Shown here in pieces: positions 19,081 through 24,000 of a stretch of DNA of 24,000 nucleotides (positions are counted from its first letter, which is position 1; each line of letters starts with the position of its first letter). The position numbers and the translations under genes were made by a program. The stretch covers positions 10,087-34,086 of the forward strand of contig DATENL010000081.1 of assembly GCA_035275105.1 (NCBI GenBank), given 5' to 3'. Under the pieces are notes generated by a model. The model did not search any database. It saw only the letters and a program-made list of their open reading frames with translations, and was not told the origin of the DNA. This stretch comes from Thermoleophilaceae bacterium. GTDB taxonomy: Bacteria > Actinomycetota > Thermoleophilia > Solirubrobacterales > Thermoleophilaceae.

Positions 19081-19327
19081 GGCGGAGAGCGACCGCGGCC
19101 GCGACGATTTCCTCGAGTCCCTCATGGACACGAGCCTGTACTCGATGGGCGCGTACTTCAGCGACCGGCACCCGGACCTCGTCGACGAGGTGATCGGCCA
19201 GGCGGACGAGATCGAGCGGCGGGGACTGCGCGGCTACGCGGACGACAACGGGCTCGCGGTCGAGGAGTGCTTCGAGACGCTCCTCACCGGGCTGGCCGTC
19301 CGCTACTACAAGGCGGTCGCGTCGTAG
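19079..19327 (+). CDS. Hypothetical 82-aa acidic protein (no recognised domain)
   Basis: Strong GC3 bias throughout (MAESDRGRDDFLESLMDTSLYSMGAYFSDRHPDLVDEVIGQADEIERRGL...). It ends 10 nt before the dehydrogenase gene. TAACCT lies 8 nt upstream of the ATG. An alternative start is ATG 19124. Confidence 0.5.
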   Translation: MAESDRGRDDFLESLMDTSLYSMGAYFSDRHPDLVDEVIGQADEIERRGLRGYADDNGLAVEECFETLLTGLAVRYYKAVAS

Positions 19328-19337
19328 CCTGGGGTGG

Positions 19338-20513
19338 GTGCCCCGCCGTGCCGCTCTCGTCCTCGTCCTGATCGCCCTGGCGGCCGGATGCGACAGCGGC
19401 GACGAGCGCTCGTCGCAATCGACCGCGGCCGCGGCAAGCCCGGACGTCACGACCGCGGCCACCGGTGTCCGCCTCGACCGGATCGCGACCTTCGACACCC
19501 CCGTGTACGCGATCGGCCCGCCGGGCGACCCGTCGCGCCTCTTCGTGGTCGAGCAGGGCGGTCGGATCCGCCTGGTACGCAACGGCCAGGCGGTTGCCCG
19601 CCCGTTCCTCGACATCAGGAGCGACGTCGAGTCGGGCGGCGAGCGCGGGCTGCTCTCGATGGCGTTCGCGCCCGACTACAGGACCTCGCGCCGCTTCTAC
19701 GTCTACTTCACCGACGAGACGGGCGACATCCGCATCCAGCAGTTCCGCCGCTCGAAGGCGAACGCCGACGTGGCCGTGCGGAGCTCGCGCCGGAACGTCC
19801 TCCGCGTCGGCCACCGCACCTACGGCAACCACAACGGGGGCCAGCTCCAGACCGGCCCGGACGGGATGCTCTACGCGGGCTTCGGGGACGGCGGCGGGGC
19901 CGGCGACCCGTTCGGCTCCGGCCAGAGCCTCAAGACGCTGCTCGCCAAGCTGATCCGGATCGATCCCCGCCCCGGCGGCGGCTACCGGGTCCCGTCCAGC
20001 AACCCGTTCGCGGACCGCAGCGGCGTTCGCCGCGAGATCTGGGCGTACGGGCTCCGCAACCCCTTCCGCTTCAGCTTCGACCGCAAGACCGGCGCGCTGA
20101 CGATCGGCGACGTCGGCCAGAACGAGTTCGAGGAGATCGACTTCGCTCCGCACCGGGGGCGTGGCGCCAACTGGGGCTGGAGCGTCTGGGAGGGCTTCAG
20201 CCGCTACGGGTCGGGGACGGCCCCGCACGCCCGCAAGCCGGTGCTCGCGCCAAGCCACGACGACGGCTTCTGCGCCCTGATCGGCGGCTACGTGGTGCGC
20301 GACAAGCGGCTCGGCTCGCTCTACGGCCGGTACGTCTACGGCGACAACTGCGTCTCGCGCATCTTCTCCGTGCGGCTCGCGTCCGACGGCGCCCACGGCA
20401 ACCGCGCGACATCGCTCAGCCTGTCCAACCTGTCGTCGTTCGGCGAGGACTCGCACGGCCGCGTGTACGCCACGTCGCTCGGCGGAGGCGTCTACCGCCT
20501 CGAGCCCAAGTAG
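19338..20513 (+). CDS. PQQ-dependent (soluble glucose/sorbosone dehydrogenase-like) beta-propeller sugar dehydrogenase, lipoprotein
   Basis: Signal peptide with lipobox LIALAAGC. Family blocks are ERGLLSMAFAPDY, HNGGQL, GDGGGAGDPFG, NPF, WAYGLRNPFRFSFD and GDVGQNEFEEI. GTG start at 19338. Confidence 0.87.
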   Translation: MPRRAALVLVLIALAAGCDSGDERSSQSTAAAASPDVTTAATGVRLDRIATFDTPVYAIGPPGDPSRLFVVEQGGRIRLVRNGQAVARPFLDIRSDVESGGERGLLSMAFAPDYRTSRRFYVYFTDETGDIRIQQFRRSKANADVAVRSSRRNVLRVGHRTYGNHNGGQLQTGPDGMLYAGFGDGGGAGDPFGSGQSLKTLLAKLIRIDPRPGGGYRVPSSNPFADRSGVRREIWAYGLRNPFRFSFDRKTGALTIGDVGQNEFEEIDFAPHRGRGANWGWSVWEGFSRYGSGTAPHARKPVLAPSHDDGFCALIGGYVVRDKRLGSLYGRYVYGDNCVSRIFSVRLASDGAHGNRATSLSLSNLSSFGEDSHGRVYATSLGGGVYRLEPK

Positions 20514-20519
20514 GGGAGA

Positions 20520-20948
20520 ATGCGCGCCATGCCCTACTTCAAAGACGAGCAAGAGGTCTACCAGTACATAGGCCAGCTCTTCCTCGACCTGGCCGAGGAC
20601 GACGAGCTGTGGCCGAGGTTCCAGAGGGCGAACACGATCGTCCAGTACCAGTTCTCGAAGCCCGAGTCGCAGATCACGGTCCGGATGCAGGAGGGGGAGG
20701 ATCCCCAGGTCGACCTCGGCTCGAGCGAGATGGACGCCGAGGTGCTGATGACCATGGAGGCGGACACCGCCCACAAGTTCTGGCTCGGCAAGGTCAACGT
20801 GACAGTCGCGCTGGCGCGCGGGCAGATGAAGGCGAAGGGGCCGGTGGCGAAGATCCTCAAGCTGGTCCCGCTCGTCAAGCCGGTGTTCCCGCGCTACAAG
20901 CAGATGCTCACGGACGCGGGCCGCGACGACCTCATGGAGGCCGCGTAG
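20520..20948 (+). CDS. SCP2 sterol-binding domain protein
   Basis: 142 aa. The C-terminal block ADTAHKFWLGKVNVTVALARGQMKAKGPVAKILKL is typical of SCP2 domains. The start could be ATG 20520 or ATG 20529. Confidence 0.78.
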   Translation: MRAMPYFKDEQEVYQYIGQLFLDLAEDDELWPRFQRANTIVQYQFSKPESQITVRMQEGEDPQVDLGSSEMDAEVLMTMEADTAHKFWLGKVNVTVALARGQMKAKGPVAKILKLVPLVKPVFPRYKQMLTDAGRDDLMEAA

Positions 20949-22160
20949 TTGCCTAGCGACGGCCCCGCGCGCCGGTCGCCGTTCAAGGACTTCGCGCAGT
21001 ACGTCGCCCCGACGCGTGTGGTGTCCGGGCGCGGGCTCCTCGAGAGCACCGGGTTCGAGCTCGTGAAGGAGGGCGCCGCGCGAGTGTTCGTCGTCACCGA
21101 CGAGGTGATCCGGGCCACGGGCCTGGTCGACCGCGTCGCGGCGGGCGTCGAGGACGGCGGGCTCGAGCTGGCGGGCGTCTTCGACGGGGTGCCGCAGGAC
21201 TCCTCGACCGCCGTGGTGGAGCGCTGCGCCGCCGCGGCGAAGGAGGCCGGGGCGGACTCGTTCCTCGCGGTGGGCGGCGGGTCGGTCATGGACACGACGA
21301 AGGTGGCCGACACCCTCTTCACGCACGGCGGCTCCGTGCACGACTACGAGGGCGCGTTCACGCTGCCGCGCGAGGGCGACGGGATGGGGCCGCCGCTGCC
21401 GCTTCGGCCGCTCGCCTGCATCCCCACCACCGCGGGAACGGGGTCGGAGGTCTCGATCGCGGCGGTGATCAAGGACGAGGAGGCGCGGGTCAAGCTCGAG
21501 CTCGCGGACTTCCCGCTCTACCCGCGGCTCGCGATCCTCGACCCCGACGCGACGGCCACGCTCCCGCCCCCGATCGCCGCCTCCACGGGCATGGACGCGA
21601 TGACGCACGCCGTGGAGGGCTACGTCTCGAACGACTCGAGCCCGCACGAGCAGGCGACGGCACTGCACGCGCTGCGGCTGATTCGCGACAACCTCGAGCG
21701 CGCCGTGCACGAGCCCGCCGACGAGGACGCGCGCGGGAACATGCTCGTGGCGGCGTCGCTGGCGATCACGATCAACCTGGGCGCCACGCACTCGATGTCG
21801 CATCCGTGCGGCGGGCAGTTCGGCGTGCCCCACGGCGTGGCGAACGCGATCAACCTGCCGCACGTGATCCGCTTCAACGCCGCGGGCGGCGGGCCGGCGG
21901 CCGACGGCTACCGCGACGTGAGCGAGGTCCTCGGGCTCGAGTCGGGCGGATCCGACGAGGAGGTCGGCGACCGCCTGGCGACGCACGTGGCCGGGCTCGT
22001 GGGCTCGCTCGGGCTGCCGACGCGGCTGTCGCTGGTGGGCGTGCCCGAGGACGGCATCCCCGCGCTGGTGGACGGCGCGATGGGCGACGGCTGCACGCTG
22101 CTCAACCCGCGCGATCCGAGCGAGGACGACTTCGCCGGGCTGTTCCGCGCGGCGCTGTAG
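20949..22160 (+). CDS. Iron-containing (group III) alcohol dehydrogenase
   Basis: LAVGGGSVMDTTKV, IPTTAGTGSEVS, TGMDAMTHAVEGY and HSMSHPCGGQFGVPHGVANA metal-binding His blocks. The TTG start directly abuts the SCP2 stop (TAGTTG). Confidence 0.92.
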   Translation: MPSDGPARRSPFKDFAQYVAPTRVVSGRGLLESTGFELVKEGAARVFVVTDEVIRATGLVDRVAAGVEDGGLELAGVFDGVPQDSSTAVVERCAAAAKEAGADSFLAVGGGSVMDTTKVADTLFTHGGSVHDYEGAFTLPREGDGMGPPLPLRPLACIPTTAGTGSEVSIAAVIKDEEARVKLELADFPLYPRLAILDPDATATLPPPIAASTGMDAMTHAVEGYVSNDSSPHEQATALHALRLIRDNLERAVHEPADEDARGNMLVAASLAITINLGATHSMSHPCGGQFGVPHGVANAINLPHVIRFNAAGGGPAADGYRDVSEVLGLESGGSDEEVGDRLATHVAGLVGSLGLPTRLSLVGVPEDGIPALVDGAMGDGCTLLNPRDPSEDDFAGLFRAAL

Positions 22161-22172
22161 CGCCGGCGCGAG

Positions 22173-23204
22173 TCAGTCGGTCACGCGGTCGACGTTCTCC
22201 TCGCGGAACGCGTCGATCATCTGCTTGAGGGTCGCCTTCGCCGTGTGCTTGGGCTTCCAGCCGAGCTCCTTCTGCGCGCGGGTCGTGCGCATCCAGACCG
22301 GCTTGCGTGCCGCCTGGAGCCAGCTGAACTCCGCCGGCAGGCCGGGCAGGCGGGTCACGACCTCCGCGGTCGCCTCCACCGCGGCGTCGGGCAGCGGCAC
22401 CGCGTACCACCCGAGCGCGTCGGCGACGTCGCTGAGGCCGAGGCGGCCGCGTGCGGCGAGGTTGTAGGGCCCGGGGTCGCCGCGCCCGAGCGCGCCGGCC
22501 ACGAACGCCGACGCGACGTCGTCCTCGTGGACGAGCTGGAACTGCGGCCCCGCGTCGGGGATGACCGGCTTCAGGATCGGCATGCCCTGGAGGAAGCGCA
22601 TCACGCCGTCGGGCAGGCGCTCGCCGAGGCGGAAGTACGGGAGCTCGCGCAGGAACGTGTCGGCCGTCGGGCCGGCGACGATGCACGGGCGGAAGACCCA
22701 CGCCCCCGTGCGCTGGGTCTTGATCAGGACCTCGCCGAGCACCTTCTCGACCTCGGCCTTCTGGGCGGAGTAGGGCATCGAGTCGGTGCCGCGCGGCGGC
22801 ACGTCCTCCGTCAGCCAGTTGGGGTTGTCGTCGTGGAACCCGTAGGCCGCGACGCTCGACGCGTAGCAGATGCGCTCGGCGCCGGCGTCCACCGCCGCCT
22901 CGAACACGTTGCGCGAGCCGTCGACGTTGACGGCGTGGCTCTTCTCGCTCGCCTCGATGACCGTGAACGCCAGGTGCACGACCACGTCGGCTCCCTTGAC
23001 GGCGTCGCGGACGCTCGCCTGGTCCTGCACGTCGCCCTGGCGGTACTCGGTCTTCTTCCAGCCCTGCGACCCGGGGTCGAACGGCCGGCGGGCCATGCCG
23101 ACGACCTTCTTCACGCGGCGCGAGCGCTCGAGAGCGGACACGAGCGCGATGCCGAGGTCCCCGGTCGGACCGGTCACCGCGATGGTCAGGCCGTCCTGCG
23201 CCAC
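22173..23204 (-). CDS. NAD-dependent epimerase/dehydratase (extended SDR) family protein
   Basis: Rossmann motif IAVTGPTGDLG and catalytic YSAQK. The GTG start at 23204 has TATAAC 7 nt upstream on the gene strand. Confidence 0.88.
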   Translation of the reverse strand: MAQDGLTIAVTGPTGDLGIALVSALERSRRVKKVVGMARRPFDPGSQGWKKTEYRQGDVQDQASVRDAVKGADVVVHLAFTVIEASEKSHAVNVDGSRNVFEAAVDAGAERICYASSVAAYGFHDDNPNWLTEDVPPRGTDSMPYSAQKAEVEKVLGEVLIKTQRTGAWVFRPCIVAGPTADTFLRELPYFRLGERLPDGVMRFLQGMPILKPVIPDAGPQFQLVHEDDVASAFVAGALGRGDPGPYNLAARGRLGLSDVADALGWYAVPLPDAAVEATAEVVTRLPGLPAEFSWLQAARKPVWMRTTRAQKELGWKPKHTAKATLKQMIDAFREENVDRVTD

Positions 23205-23230
23205 GGCCCCCGTTATACCCGCTCGCGGCC

Positions 23231-23247
23231 GCCGGGCCGCGCCCGGC
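23231..23247 (-). terminator. GC hairpin immediately downstream of the RTX-like gene stop
   Basis: GCCGGGC-cgc-GCCCGGC forms a 7-bp all-GC stem with a 3-nt loop, starting 1 nt after the stop codon. No U-tract, as is often the case in high-GC genomes. Confidence 0.3.
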
Positions 23248-24000
23248 CTAGCGGGTGACCTTCTCGCAGTCCACGAGGACGTCGGCCTTGTCGGCGGTCA
23301 CGGTGTCGGCTCCGTCGCCGCACTTGACCTCGTCGCGCAGGCCGTCGTCGACGTCGATCGTGTCGTCGCCGGCGCCCGCGTCCACCGTGTCGTGGCCGAT
23401 CCCGCCGATCACGTGGTCGTTCCCGGCGCCCACCGTCACCCGGTCGCGCCCGGCGCCGGCGTCGACGATGAAGGTGCCGGCCCGGCCCTCGAGCGTGTCG
23501 TTGCCCTGGCCGCCGATCAGCTGCGAGCTGCCGCTCCCGGCGAAGACCTGGTCGGGGCCCTCGCCGCCGTCGGCGTAGTCGACGCCGTCGCCGGGGTAGA
23601 GGCGGTCCGGATCGGGCCCGCCGTACAGGCGGTCGTTGCCGACCTGGCCGAGCAGGACGTCCTCGCCGTCCTCGCCGAGGATCTCGTCGGTGCCCGGTCC
23701 GGCGTAGGTCACGTCGTTGCCCGGGCCGAGCTGGATGTGGTCGTTGCCGCTGCCCCCGATGGCCAGGTCGTCGCCCTTGCCGGCGATCATCGTGTCGCTC
23801 CCGGGCCCGCCCTCCTGGTAGTCGTTGCCCTTCCTGCCGGTCATTCGGTCGTCGCCCTGCTCGCCCCACATGCCGTCGGGGCGGGCGGTGCCGATCAGGT
23901 TGTCGTTGGCGGGAGTGCCCTCGAAGTTCTTCGCGAGCGCGACGCCCGCGAGCGCCGCGAGCGCCATCGCGCCGATCAGGGCCGTCTGAGCGATCCTTCG
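23248..24000 (-). CDS. Secreted calcium-binding RTX (GGxGxD nonapeptide) beta-roll protein, 5' end outside window
   Basis: About 18-20 consecutive nonapeptide units (GGPGSDTMI, AGKGDDLAI, GGSGNDHIQ, ...). The frame stays open upstream of the track ATG 23967 to the window edge (RRIAQTALIGAMALAALAGVALA|KNFEG). The true start and the n-region of a signal peptide therefore lie beyond 24000. Confidence 0.85.
   Translation of the reverse strand, partial: RRIAQTALIGAMALAALAGVALAKNFEGTPANDNLIGTARPDGMWGEQGDDRMTGRKGNDYQEGGPGSDTMIAGKGDDLAIGGSGNDHIQLGPGNDVTYAGPGTDEILGEDGEDVLLGQVGNDRLYGGPDPDRLYPGDGVDYADGGEGPDQVFAGSGSSQLIGGQGNDTLEGRAGTFIVDAGAGRDRVTVGAGNDHVIGGIGHDTVDAGAGDDTIDVDDGLRDEVKCGDGADTVTADKADVLVDCEKVTR

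Noticed and set aside
19081-19131. GTG 19131 as the NIF3 start.
   Set aside because: The extension uses AGG/AAA codons, is not needed for the NIF3 fold alignment, and overlaps the better-biased 82-aa plus-strand ORF.
19284-21986. A 900-aa minus-strand ORF, and plus-strand ORF 19334..20956, over the dehydrogenase/SCP2/ADH string.
   Set aside because: These are shadow frames. The plus-strand genes in the other frames have lipobox, GSDH, SCP2 and Fe-ADH signatures.
22151-22170. GGCGC-tgta-GCGCC hairpin and the GCGCCGGCGC palindrome between Fe-ADH and the SDR gene, as a bidirectional terminator.
   Set aside because: The stems are only 5 bp, with a minimal loop or none, in a GC-rich background where such palindromes are expected by chance.
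23248-23967. Treating ATG 23967 as the start of the RTX-like protein.
   Set aside because: The reading frame remains open to the window edge and encodes RRIAQTALIG upstream of that Met. This completes a signal-peptide n/h-region, so the gene is truncated by the window.

Overview
Very GC-rich window (roughly 70% by eye, strong GC3 bias), consistent with a high-GC actinobacterium-like genome, possibly Thermoleophilia or Rubrobacteria type; this is a guess from the protein flavour, not verified. Most of the window is core housekeeping. It opens with the distal end of the ribosomal protein/RNA polymerase alpha cluster (rpsM 3' end, rpsK, rpsD, rpoA, rplQ), followed by a SAM methyltransferase wedged in before truA. 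Next come a small two-gene accessory islet on the minus strand (DUF559 endonuclease-like protein plus a 74-aa orphan), surE, ligA, a PBP4-type D-Ala-D-Ala carboxypeptidase, and a solitary patatin-like phospholipase. After these are cydA-cydB translationally coupled to a 99-aa ABM-like protein, and a divergent HTH-only AraC regulator with a VOC/glyoxalase protein. A minus-strand string follows (small HTH-like protein, acyl-CoA synthetase, membrane protein, HisC-like aminotransferase), then a NIF3 protein. A plus-strand string follows that (82-aa orphan, PQQ-type sugar dehydrogenase lipoprotein, SCP2 protein, Fe-alcohol dehydrogenase). The window ends with an SDR epimerase and a truncated secreted RTX beta-roll protein. 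I found no rRNA, tRNA, CRISPR array, transposase, integrase or recognisable multi-gene defence system. The many long Arg/Pro/Gly/Ala-rich ORFs in the track are high-GC shadow frames. The least explained signals are non-coding. One is a 46-nt composite palindrome present twice (44/46 identical) in two divergent intergenic regions. Another is three TTCCGG hexamers phased at exactly 21 bp upstream of the small HTH-like gene. A third is a recurrent -10-like hexamer 7-9 nt from several start codons, which suggests leaderless transcription. I cannot honestly claim a clear novel system here. The DUF559 islet and the cydAB-coupled ABM protein are the best protein-level candidates for follow-up.
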